Assembly (NCBI GenBank): GCA_040954595.2 | Contig: CM082581.2 | Span: forward strand, 3,588,699 to 3,652,698 | Length of the DNA: 64,000 bases | Source: Balanoglossus misakiensis | Lineage: Eukaryota > Animalia > Hemichordata | Reading direction: 5' to 3' | Shown here: piece by piece, positions 1 through 13,000 of the stretch | Layout: each line of letters opens with the position of its first letter | Position numbering within the stretch: the stretch's first letter is position 1 | Notes under the pieces: generated by a model | The model's database searches: none | Told to the model about the DNA's origin: nothing | The model's input: only the letters and a program-made list of their open reading frames with translations | Position numbers and translations under genes: made by a program

Positions 1-1920
1 ACAAGATGGTGGCGACCATATTCTGTGTCAGAGATCAGGAAAAGACAGCAAATTGGGTGAAAAGAAGGGACAAAACTAAAGTCTACTTATACACTGTGCA
101 TGAAATATGGAAGGAAGCGAAGGCAGTCTACTATTTGAATCTGTCAAACGCAAAATTTGGATTTGACGTAATGTTTGTACACACGACATTACGCATAATG
201 TGAAGTGTGTCCAGAATTACTATTTCAGGTTATCCTACTCATAATTATTTTATCCACCAGAAAATACGTGAAATACGGTGGTCTTTCTTGACAAAATTTT
301 GCAAGAATTTAAGTCCAACCTTGAACTTGGATATCTATCGTAAAATGACTTGACTAAACTGTTTATAACCCATCCAACTATTTTTATAGTATTTTGCACA
401 GTGCATGTTTTGGAAATGCCACTCCCCAGATCATAGTTTGGGTCAAAGGTCAGATGATTTACGGCGAGAAATGCAAAAAATTGTTTATGATATTGAAGAA
501 AAGCTCATCTTACTCACTTCATTGAACACACAGACACTAACAAGTACATATTTTTTAAGCATGACTACAGAAAAAAGGACAATCCTCAGAAGTTGAACAA
601 ACAAAAATCTTTGGAATGCAGTTGACTTACATATTTCAATTTAGTCAGTAAGCATCAGTTTTTTTTGGTAAAAAATATAATAATAATATTTATTTATTAT
701 TGATACTGTGAAGAATTGGGAAAAGAAGTGCAATTCAATGGATACTTAAAATTAATTAGATGATCCTATATTTCAGTATTAGCCTGATAATTCTCAGTAC
801 TTAAATCACTAAAGTTGACAACACAAAAGCTACTTACTATACTGTGACATAGAACAGAATATTAAAAGGATCACAGAGATTAAAATAGAGGAAAATATTC
901 CTTTAGCAATTTTGAAAATCTTGGAGTCCTTGCATTAAAATTATCTGAAGAATTCATCATACATTATTTTTTTATGCAACAGACTTATCAGATTGATCCA
1001 TACAATAGCCGGGATAAACGCAAAGCAATCTGAAAATGAAATTCTTTAGTTTTCAAGGTTAGTTATTTTGGGTGCAGAGGCAGGCAGATAACTGTCTACA
1101 TTCCTTTGTATGTCATATAAAAATATTTTATTAGCTATAAGGGTATTTCATTAATCATCGCATCGCAGGGAAAGTTATGCAAAGTCTGTCAGAATCATTC
1201 CAGGGGACGAATGCAGACAGTAATCTTCCTCATTAAAATATTCTTGAAGGCCAGTCATTGAGATATTCTCCAAATTGATTAATTAATTTTCTTGTTATTT
1301 TATTTTGGCAAGATGAGGCAATTACACACAAATCTTGAAATACTCTACTCAAACATTTTTTTTCAGATTCTTCTTGTTTGTAACAATCATGCAAATAAAC
1401 ATCATGAACTTTCAGAAAATCTGACGACGAAAACTTATTTATAACTTCTCTCTTTGAAAATACCAATTTTAAAAATTTCCATTATTAATATTTGATGTGA
1501 TGATATTGATCTGAAAACAGTGTTCGTAGTGTGGAATAGAATATAATAACAATTGAATGGAAAGAAAACATGATTGTCATTTTAATAGAACCAGTGCTAG
1601 TGATAAGACTTTACAAGTGTTATCTGATGACGTCTTAATTAAACCTGCCCTGTGCCTTCAGTGTATTACTGTTATTGTTAATTTATTTTGCATATTATTT
1701 CCCCAGTGACTGCATAGAAGTCATGACGTTAAAATTGGCAGTGTGCCAAAATGGTAGAAACTGACTTGGTGGAACAGCTGAAGTTTGTAACCTTTGACCT
1801 TCTGGTCATACAATCAATCCTGAGAAAAGCCAACTGGAGTGGTCTTGGTAGTATGTGTGGCTGAGTTACAGCCCTTATTGACCACCAGTTTATAGGTCAT
1901 GTGTTTTGGAGCAGACTTAA

Positions 1921-2276
1921 TAGTCTAGAATTCAGACTCATGTGGGTTTTTTTGCTATGCTCCGCACACAGTCCAAGTTTCCTTGTCTAATTTTCGATTT
2001 TTTTTTCTATTTGCATATGCACGTCGAAGGACTCTATAACCATGGCAACTCAGGTCAATGCTCACCATGTGATCATGACCTCTTTGAAGTCAATTCTAAC
2101 CTGATCTATTACTGATTGGCTTCATTAATGAGCAAGGGGTGTTGCTCAATATCAGTGACCTGAGTTGCGATGGTTAGAGTCCTTTGACATGCAAATAGCA
2201 AAATTTCAAAAATTAGACGCAAGGCTAGACTATGTGTGGAGCATATAGCCAGAACACGAGACTGGATTCTAGACTA
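1921..2276. mobile_element. Old TAG..CTA MITE with long degenerate TIRs (about 135 bp)
   Basis: Begins tagtctagaattcagactc and ends gagactggattctagacta. Inner arms (aaccatggcaactcaggtca / tgacctgagttgcgatggtt) are complementary. Imperfect flanking duplication gagcagactta / gagcagtctta. Confidence 0.7.
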
Positions 2277-2388
2277 GAGCAGTCTTAGTGCAAGATCACT
2301 GGCCAAAAAGAGCTCTGCTAAAGAATTGATTGCAATGCATCAACTTGAGATAATAGAAGATCAAGTTCATCGATTATTAACACCTTAA

Positions 2389-2471
2389 ACCCTTTCACCA
2401 CCATTAAGTTTGGTCCAAATCTATTATTTTCAATGGTAGGTTGGACCTCGAGGGAACTGGGAGTGAAAGGG
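2389..2471. mobile_element. Short piggyBac-like MITE (CCC..GGG termini, TTAA flanks); related copies at 5648-5731 and 44009-44093
   Basis: ttaa(a)ccctttcacc ... gtgaaagggttaa. Homologous internal sequence in all three copies; the 2389 copy is in the opposite orientation to the other two. Confidence 0.6.
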
Positions 2472-4726
2472 TTAAAACCCAATAGATACCACTCGTAGCA
2501 GATTTTTATCTACATAAAGCCGACAGATGACACCATTTGAGTTTGTAGAGACTCTGATACCAATATGTGCATACGATCATAGTTGTCTATAACTCTTGCA
2601 ATGGGTGACTGAATAAACGAGTGCAGCACCCATTTATTATTCAACTCAACTTGTAATCTATGTTTGTAAGTAAAACCATGAAAACAATGCAAAAACAGTG
2701 GCAGCTATTTGGGGCTTTAAATTTTTCCACTTTTGTTCAATAAAAGCCACACTCTTGTAGAGATATCTTAGGTGGTTAAAGTTGAGCTCACCCCAGCAGA
2801 GGTGATAACAGTGTATAGCAGGCAGTAAACAGCAATTTGTATGATGTGCTACATCTGGAAACACAAAAGTGTTCCAGCTCTAGTTCCTCTACCCATTAAC
2901 AACAATGCCAAACAGCCAGGCAACACAATCAAATCCAGACAGTCTTCACTAATGTTGACCAGCTAAATTCAAGAACATAAAAGATTCTAATCTAATTTAG
3001 GGTTATAGGGTTAGAGAGCAATTTCAAAGTTTAGGTTTTGTGACCATGATCGACCTGGACATTGAGATGGGTCAGAAAAGAAAACCCTAAATAACTTATA
3101 AACATCTTTATGTTGCCCAAACATGCCTGGACTGATTCTGTTCCATTCTGACTTCTGTGGATCCTAGGGGGATTGTATCATTCACAATGACTTGTTAATT
3201 TGCAAAAAGTGTGGCATAAGTTCCCTTTTCGTCTATGCAGTGAGCCACATCACAGTTCAGTGTCAATCTGCAATAAACTTGTTTTATCTTCATCAGACAA
3301 GATGTGGTCTGTGTTAGTTTGACCACAAGAGTTGTCAACTCTGCAATATGAAACGTGCTCATGCAGAAAACTTCAGGAGGATGTGTGCATGATTGTAACA
3401 GGTTGGGTGTGCTTTGATATGTGGCCACTACAAGTCGTCTTGTAAACAACCAACGCTTTGATACACTCTGTGTGTATACACCAATGAGTCTGTTTGTATC
3501 TGTGTCAAATTCTTGGTTCGTAGGAGTGGTGTCTTACCCATTCACCTAAATTCTTGGTGATAACGCATCCACTGTTAGTATTTTGTGGCGCTGAACCCTG
3601 TCAAGGAATGCATAATATTTATTCCAAGATCTCGGTGATAATCTCAAACCGGAGTCAGTGAAGTTTATTTTATCTGGTTAGAGGTAATCACTAAACTTGT
3701 GATCTGGCTGCACCTCATATATCTAAGAGAGGAACTAGAGTTTTACAACTATACACAGTAAATGTCACATTCAGAATTTTCTTGTCAAATTCTGATTCTT
3801 TACAATCTCTCTTTGAGTATACTTGTCAGTCTTTTTGGTAGTTGCCTGTTAACATTGAAGATGAAAAGAAATTGTGGTCAACATTGGTGTTTGCAGTTGT
3901 CATATTAAGAGAATTCTCCTGCCAACTGATACAAGGCTAATGTCAAGTTATGTAAACCTATGGTCCATTCTTTGAATTATGTTGACAAGTCGAAATAAAA
4001 CATGTCTCATTTTATACTTCCGCATAATACAGTAGTGTTTAAAAACTTATTTCAGCACACACTTTGTATTTTTGGTGATTTACAGCTGTTTATGCCAACT
4101 ACCATAGTCCATAAATACCAGGATTTATTACTATTCTGAATTCCTGATGTGCTTATATTTTATCCCCAAACATTTTTGGTAAATACATTTTGTTAAGAAA
4201 ATGAAGTATTCATTTCTTTACTCATCGATATATGGATTCAGGATATTGAGGATTTCTTTTTTTATTTTCCAACAAAATTCCTTCATTTAGCGATGATTCA
4301 ATTTTGTTTAAATTACTCACAGATGCTTTGTACTGTAGGCAATAAATGGAAGATCTTTGTTATAAATATATCACTTTGCAGCCAAAAGAAAAAAAAATGG
4401 ATAAAATTGTCATGGTGTCACCCAATAAAAGGGCTTCAGCAGTGAAAGGAAAACAAAGTTTGAGATGTTGTCCCCACCCAAGATGAACAGTTTGCCAAAA
4501 TATTTCACTTTCCCACAATCACAAAACAGACGCAGTTAAGTTTCGTGGCTGTGTCAGAATTTATACAAGAGTGCCAACAGTATTAAAGTGACATAAATCA
4601 TCTGCATTCTAGAAATAACATTTGAAGAATTTATCAAGGATGGGCTGTACGTTTTGCCTCGTGAAGGTTGATCTTGATCAGTAACCTGTCTCTACCCTAT
4701 CTCCTACCCCACCCTGCCCTACTTCG

Positions 4727-5037
4727 AGGGACATTAGCTGTAATTTTCGGCTTTATCTCCAGTATTTTTGTCCTTTGTATCAAATGAAATTTCTTGCTGT
4801 ACTCCAACCAGTATGCTAAAATACCTAGGCTATGTGTGTATCGATCCGTTGTTATTGTTGACATGAATTCGAGTCCAGACTTAATAGCACTGCTGACTGT
4901 ACACATATATGTTGTGTTGATAAGCTAAATGCTCGGTATTTTATCATGTTTCAAGAATTTGATCAAGAACCGCAGTAGACAAACAAAACAAAAATGCTGA
5001 AAAAAATAGTGAAAAAGTTACAGCTGCTAATGGAGCT
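4727..5037. mobile_element. Kolobok-like non-autonomous element; related copy at 40217-40559, partial inverted copy near 10363-10500
   Basis: Left end agggacattagctgta, right end tacagctgctaatggagct-ttaa. Internal sequence shared with the 40217 copy (gttgtgttgataagctaaa, gcagtagacaaacaaaacaaaaat). Confidence 0.6.
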
Positions 5038-8000
5038 TTAATTAGCACTTCATGTATACCCTCCATTGCATGAAGCAGTGAAAACCTAAAAGCTGTGTTT
5101 GACAGATCAGAAGTAAAATGATTTAGCAGTGGACCGTACAGGATAAACATTTCAAGAAAGTAGTTTCAGGACTAGGATAAATAGTTTACCGTACACATAA
5201 ATGTCAAGTGTAAAGATTACTCTTGATTTAAGTACTGGCAGCTGCAAGTGCAATCGCTTTGAGCTGTTGTCATTGTTACCAGGTTGTGCTTACACAAGTC
5301 CGTCACTGTTTTCTGTCATTCATCTTCAATGTGTCACATATCAATCGGTATCATATGGCTGATGGGACTTTAAACTGTTCATGTTCATGAATCAGTCAAA
5401 ATCTCCAGTAGCAGTGAAAGTCAGGATTTCAGTTGTATTTCAGATTTTATACTAAAAGGGAATAAATTCTGTGTTTTCTACATATATAAAAGAAGGACTG
5501 AAAACTCCTGGATTTTGACTCACAGTGTAAATTTTGTGGTTCAGCCATATTGCCTTTGACTTTGCCACTTTAGGGTCAGTCTCGATAAAGTGTGGCATGT
5601 TGCCAGGATCCATTTGCCCATTCTTGTCACTTTGTTCCACCATTTAACCCTTCACCCCCAGTTCCCTCCATAGAAGTCCTACCTTACCATAGAAAGCAAT
5701 GGGTTTGGACTGAACTATGGTGGTGAAAAGGTTAACATAGGTTAAAGATGGCACTGTTGTAATTGTTATTGCTTGCATCGGTAATTGTTGAATCTGATTA
5801 AGTGGATTTGCAAGAGTACCGGTATACTCCACTTTCTTTACAACACAAATAGAATTTTATCAAACATGAAATAAGACAATCCCAGAATGCTGGCATATCA
5901 ATTCCATGCCAAATTGGGTTAGCTGACTTTACTTATGATCATCATGTTCAATCATTATTGTATTGACACTTTAAATCAGTCTGAGTTATATTTATGTGTG
6001 TGTAAGTAACATTTGAACAGGCAACTGACTTTTTGCATTTTTGACATTAATTAGAAAACTAATGAAAAACGACAATCAAATCAGTAAAAAATGTGGTCCA
6101 AAAGACATTGGTAATGAAAGGTCATATTGCTAAGCAACCAGGCCATAGTTAACTAAACATCTATAAACTCCAGATGTGACAGAAGGCCGTGGACTTGATT
6201 CTCTTAAATCACCACACCCTGAACTCAGTTGGCATTAAGTGAATGATCCAGATAGTGTTACACACCGAGATGGTAACATGCTTAGGTCACTTAATAACCT
6301 ATTTATTTGCGTTGACACCAATCCCAGCACTGCTAAATTCTTGTTTAGTTTAGACTGTAATCTAAACTGATCATCCATGGTAGCTTCCATAAAGCCTTTG
6401 TGTCCTCAAGTATTTCAGGGATGAGTTTAATGCAGAAAACTTGGAATGAAATACACATATCCAGTTACATTCCAAAATACAGGTCACTTTTCTATTCAAT
6501 ATTCCAGCAGGAATAGTTGTAGAAATGAATTCTTTCAATTCCCTAGAAAACAAGTCTGCCATGTCAAATGGTATTAAACTATGTATGGTGTTTTCAGGAC
6601 ATTTCCAAGTCCAGATAATTTTCAATCACTCTTTTAAGCTCGTATTTTCGTCCATTCTCACTGAAGTATAAAAAATTAAACATTAGCTACTGTCTTGTAT
6701 AGCATTACAGTGAACAAGTTTATAAAGTTGAAGAAATATTGACAAATTTTTTCATTGTTTTGATTATGGAAGTAACCCCTTAGTCTTGTGTGGTGTGCTG
6801 CAGTTGAATGAACAACATGCCAACGGTTGCGACACATTTTTTCGCCGCTCAGACAGTCATATATTTTACGCCATACTGCCAAGATATGTGACTACGTGCC
6901 CTCATGCAAAAATACATTTGCACTTTTGACCGCCCAGCTTTATGAATTCATAGTCAGATTTTTATTGACATTATTGCTCTCATATATAATAATCTCTGCG
7001 TGATAAATGGTTTCTTCTATTAATTAAAACTCATTTGTACAAAATTGAAATATTCTATGCCCAAAAATGTATAGATAGTTTTATAAAGTTCACTCAATAC
7101 ACTTTTGTTCAAGCAATTTCTTTTATATCTGTCTTCATGATGCACCATTGTTAAATTTCAGGAGAAAAATCATTTATACCAGGTATATTTGTACATCCAA
7201 GTGACCTCAGGTCATGACATCCTGATTCCAAGGGGGTAACACCAAATGGGAAAATGTGTCATACAAATATGTCAAATAATTTTTTTTTTTATCTTGTCCA
7301 TCATTTTATCTGTATCGGTCAGAATGTTTAAGTGTGATTAAAGGTTGACGTCTGTTTAGTTTCTTGCACATGATGGAAATTTTTCTGTCCACGCATATGA
7401 CAGTTGTTTTAACCAGTGGTATAATGACAGATACTGGATATATGGTTACTCTCTATTGGATGAGTTATCAGCCAATGTACAAGAATTTTATTGAAATTCC
7501 TCCTCATGCTTCGGATGAGAGGACCAGCCTCCTCTGTAAATGCTATGCCAGTATCTTAAATTGTTCATTTTGCAGCAAAATGAACAAAGATACTGGTATT
7601 TATTGAGTTCCATGCTGCCCCTAAATTTTCTTGTATTTGTGATGAAGTACGTACAGGATAGTAAAAGTACAATTATGATTAAAGAGATTTTGGTGAAATG
7701 CCATAAGTACTAATCAGATCATGACTGTGAGGAGAGCCTGACATATGTGCTAGTACTAATAACCAGCAGAGAAATTATTTGTAATAATCTCGAATCTGGC
7801 TGGTGTTTTCTGCTATACCAGCGATTTGCATAATCTGAAAGCACAGATGGTGTTCTGGACTACGAGTGTGTTTGTTTGTGTGCGTGTGTGTGTGTGTGTG
7901 CCCACGCGTGTGTGTGCAGACGTAATTGCATGAATTCATGTCTGTGCACTGCAGAAATTTGAGAACAGCTGCTGCATGTACCGTTATCACCTTGATATTT

Positions 8001-8456
8001 GGTGCTGTGTAGACGCAGGCTGCACTGTACGGTAGATGAGATTTTTGCAAATAAATGGCTTGTTGCTTGCCAAAGGCATCTTGTGTGTGTACGGTATAGC
8101 TAACAAATTAAGTTACATGCAGTTATAGTTCACTAAGTTTAGACTTGAACTTGAGTGTCGTATGACCAGTACATATACGTGTAGCTCTATTCACAAGCCA
8201 TATACCGGTACATATTTCAATTTGCCTTGAATTGAAGGAAAACTGTGTATTGTCGTTGATATGAAGAGCTCAAGACATAATGTACACTGAAAATTAACAA
8301 ACTTTTGAGTATTTTTCCTGGTTTCAGATACTCAGTTCTGATTCAGGTCATTTGGTTGTAAATTTTTCTTGTCTTCACCGGGCGCTGTATAGAACATCGA
8401 GAAACACTGATTTCAGTGGGGTATGCTTGTCAGCAATATAAACCACAGCAGAAGTA

Positions 8457-8647
8457 CTGTAAAACGGGTTATTTTTGCGACAGGAAATTTTTGCGATATC
8501 AAAAGAGGCAACTGTTACACGAGGATTAATTTTTTCGCGTTTTCTAATTTCATTTACTGCCTTGTAAAAACATTTTATGTGACTTGTTACTTCCACGTCT
8601 TTTGGCTTTCGCGTATTTATTGCTTGCAAAAATAAACCGTTTTACAG
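8457..8647. mobile_element. Tc1/mariner-like MITE (TA|CTGTAAAA..TTTTACAG|TA), high-copy family; other copies 9194-9400, 9784-9990, about 10688-10775 (partial), 12966-13157, about 44512-44590 (partial), 50674-50870, 53499-53708, about 54091-54200 (partial), 55641-55848
   Basis: Recurrent elements of about 200 bp with CTGTAAAACGGG / CCCGTTTTACAG TIRs and TA flanks. Most share the core gagaacgcgaaaattaat..cgcgtaacagttgcctc..gatatcgcgaaaattt. Confidence 0.75.
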
Positions 8648-10056
8648 TAATTTACGAAGATGTTTTAGAATATTGTTATCCTGTCCACATTACGCTTGTA
8701 ATGATGTTAAACTTCACTCTGAGAATAGGACAGTTAGAGCAGCCAAAGAAATATGTGTGCCAAGTAGAAGAGATTATCCAGTCTATTTGATTAGGGTCGT
8801 CCCACCCACTGGTATCTAAAGTATGCGATTGAAGGCTGTGACCTTGTTACTGTACTTGAAAAATATCAGCCAGAACTGTGTGCAACGTGATCTTTTAAAA
8901 CCAGGGTAGCAGTCATAGGTCGTGGTAAACATCTACGTAGAATTGTCCAGCGAGTCTCCACCCATACCCTGGAAAAAATAGGAAATCACCTCAAGAGGGC
9001 AGCAGCTAGACTGAAGGGTTCCCAGCTTGATGCATAAATTTATCAGAAAAGGGTGGACGTCATTGCTGGTTGTTCAAGACCACTACTGCTACTCTGAAAA
9101 TGTAATGCATCCACCACCACTACTGATACATGAATACACCCAATGTCAACACGTTCAATTTATTTTCATTCTACAAGTTCACAACTACATGTACTGTAAA
9201 ACGGGAAATTATTGGTGAACGATAAATTTCCGCAAACTTCTCAATAGCTAAAAAAAAGCGATAATAAATAGTTGCGAAAGAACAATGTAAAATGGAATGT
9301 TATTTGGAGATAAAGAGAACGCGAAAATTAATCATCCCGGAATAGTCGTCTGTGTTTATATCGCGTAAATTTCCTGTTGCGAAAATATCCCGTTTTACAG
9401 TTTTTGCACTACATTATTGTCAGTTGTGAAAAGTGTGTAAAATATGCGCTAAAAATTAATAATCAAATTCAGATGTTGGTCTGTGTAGTATGGTTACCTC
9501 TAATTTACATATGCATATAGTCAAAAGGGTGTGTCTTTGATTGGCCATGTCTTAGCGCCCTTTTTTATCCGTATGTTCCACCAACTGAAAATCTGTGATT
9601 GACTATATTTCAATTTTTGCGCAGTAACAGATTCATTTTTTGTAGTTGAAGTATACCTTTGAGCAACACTTCCAATGTCATCTCAATGTTGTGATCAGAT
9701 GATGCCTTTTATTATGACGTAATATTTAAGAATATTTCTAAATATCAAAAACACTTTAATATATCTTTGACACTCAAAGCATACTGTAAAACACTTTGAA
9801 TTAGCTGCATGATTTTTTTGCAAATTCAGAATTTCAGTTCATTCAGCGGGTTTGTAATTTAGCTATAAGGAAATCTTAACCATGGTAAATAGAAGAAAAA
9901 AATTGAATTAGCAGCATCTTAATTAGCGAATTTCCACACCTACCTAAATTAGCTAAAATAACATTCTAGCTAAAAATATATGTTTTACAGTATTATTACA
10001 TTTTTATGTACTATTTGCAATCAGTAATGATCACTACCTTTTCTTTATGCCCGAAG

Positions 10057-13000
10057 GATCTGGATAGCAAAACTGAACTGACAGCTGTTAATGGAAAGAA
10101 ATTGCCAGCCATTGATATCTTTGCACATGCTCTGAAATTTTTCAAAGAACATGCACTTCAGGAGCTGAATGACCAACTTGAAGACAAGATCAAAAATGAA
10201 AACATTCGATGGGTGATTACTGTACCTGCTATATGGAGACAACCTGCAAAACAGTTTATGAGAGAAGCTGCATACAAGGTAAATGTATTTGTCTGTTGTA
10301 TACCATCATTACATCATACATGGTATAAACCTTTTATATCACTGAACATTTATCCAACTTAAAGCCCTATTATCTCTTACTTTTCGCTATTTTTTCAGTA
10401 TTTTTCTTCCATGTTTCAACTTCGGTTTCTTGTCCTACTCTGGATAGCTTTATGGAATGTTCAGTCATTAGCTTCTGTACAAAGTTGACTTGTGGTGGTG
10501 TCGTCCGCTACATGAACAAGTTCAAAACGACCTTGAGGTCATGCACGCCTGCAGCCATGTGATCTACTGCAACACAAGGGGTTGACGTCAATTCCTGTAC
10601 ATAGTTTTTCAACTTGCGTCTCCTGCCTGCGCGGGAAGTAAAAGTAATCGAACCCATCAGGGCGTTGCCATTTTTGACATCCCTATTACGAGAACGCGAA
10701 AATATATCATCGCGTAACAGTTGCCTCTTTTGATATCGCGAAAATTTCATGTAGCGGAAATTTCCCACTTTACAGTAGATTGCTAAATCATACACAAGTG
10801 CATTAGTGTTCATTGTCCAAGAATGAATCTGGGGGAAGACCCACCACTCCCTTGGTTGCACCACCCAGCAATATGCATGTGACACATCTGAGTTTGAAAG
10901 TGGCAATTGACACACGTTTTGTTTCTGATTTTAGGCTGGAATAAGTTCCAAAGACCACCCTGAAAAACTACTGATTGCCTTAGAACCAGAAGCTGCCTCA
11001 ATTTATATCCGTAAAATGAGATTGCATGAGATCATACCTGACACAGATGACAACAATCGATTCACTCGTTATCGAGCTGGATGTCGATTGTCTACTGGGC
11101 CTCTTAATTTGGATTTCATGCATGGTATGTATTGACATATTTTCATCACAGTAATATTGATCTAATTTATCTTTGGGGTAAAGAATCACCTTGCCTCACT
11201 TGGTCAGTGTTTGCCACAAAATATGCTAATTTTACCCAAAAGGACTTCTATGCAAATTTCTCTTACAAAACGCACATGCTATAGACAGCTTTAGAATTCT
11301 ATAGCCTATTGAATTTCTATAGAAGTTTATAAAATTTCTATGGACATCTATAGATTTCTATGTAGGTTTGGCGCCTCAAAATCTATAGAATACTATAGAA
11401 CTCTATATAGAAAATTGAAAAAGGGATACTGAACATCTATTGCCTGGGCATGAGGGCCATAGCAGCCGTTTATTACCCCGGAGGGGCTGTGAGTTACCAG
11501 AATCACATGCTATTTCCCGAGGCCATCACAGTCATGAAGGGGTAATAAACGGCTGCTATGGCCCGAATATAGGCCAGGCCATAGGTTTTTTATAATAAAC
11601 TTCATGCTAACAGTCACGTGACGGGTTTATATTTTTTCTGCTATTTCCCTAGGGATTCATGGTCATTTCTATTTTCCTATCACGTGACGGATTCTGGCGA
11701 ATCACGACACAGTATTAGCATGTTTGCTATTTACACCTTCTAATTATGAATGATGTAATTTCCTATTAATTCAGGTACAAAGTACATGGTTGTGGACTGT
11801 GGTGGTGGTACTGTGGACATCACAGTACATGAACTGGAAGAACATCTTGGAACTCTGAAAGAACTGCACAAGGCTGCTGGTGGGGAATATGGATCTGTAA
11901 GCGTTGACCATGCCTTTGAACAACTCTTGATAGACATATTCACAGCAGACTTTATTGACGAGTTCAAGGTAGGAACTTTGAATTTGGACACATTGTTAGA
12001 TTGCATTTATGTGCAGGTGCCTCTGCAACCGAAAGTGCAAGTCGTACTTTTGTGGCAAGTAGCTTTCTGTGACTGCCTTAAATGGTATCTGCGACCGGAT
12101 GCACAATGTATCTGCAACTGGTCGCACATGGTATCTGCGAGTGATGGTACATTTTATCTGCAACTGCCTCAAATGATATCTGCGACTGTCGCAGCTGTGG
12201 TGTAAGACTTTCAAAGGTATTTGTTAGGTATATAGATACACAGAGAGCGAGTTGTCACAGAAGTGCAACTCGCACTTTCAGGCACAGATAGCCTTCTGAG
12301 GCACCTGTACATACCTCGGTCTTGATGATACAGTAAAACCTGTCTAAACCGAACACCAAAGGGACTGAAGAAATTTTTCAGTTTGCAGAGGTGTTTGGTT
12401 TATAGAGGTTCTTTTAACATGTGGTTCTATGTCAAAGGGACAGGAAAATGTGTTCAGTATACATAGGTTTCCGGATTAGACAGGGTTCGGTTTGGACAGG
12501 TTGTACTGTATTTATATGAAATTTGTGAAATAGAAAATGATGTGAGTTGATCATACACACACTTTTCACTATTAATGTAGAAAGAAAAAAACGCATTTCA
12601 TTGAAGTATTGTGTACAGACAGGCCTTGTCAAATCATCTCTCACTGACCCCCCTTTCACATGACCTTTGACATCTACAGATGAAGAGACCAGCTGGTTGG
12701 GTGGACTTGATGATTGCATTTGAAGCCAGAAAGCGTAACGCAAGTCCCTGGAAGAGCAATCCACTCAATGTATCTCTACCGTTCTCATTCATTGATTATT
12801 ACAAGAAATATACCAAGAATGGGTCAGTGGAACAGGCTGTCAAGAAACATGGTGATAAGGATATCAGATGGTCTGCACAAGGTAAATGGAAATTCAGAAT
12901 TTTGTATAATGGATGACTTGGTGATATTACAAATCTTACAGAAGGGCAAAACAATTTCATAACTACTGTAATATGGGAAATTTTTGTGAACTTCGTGAGA

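Noticed and set aside
1-10056. Upstream HSPA12 exons (expected IDFGTT and KTPT motifs)
   Set aside because: Not found by eye. The region looks like one long repeat-containing intron, though a small exon could have been missed.
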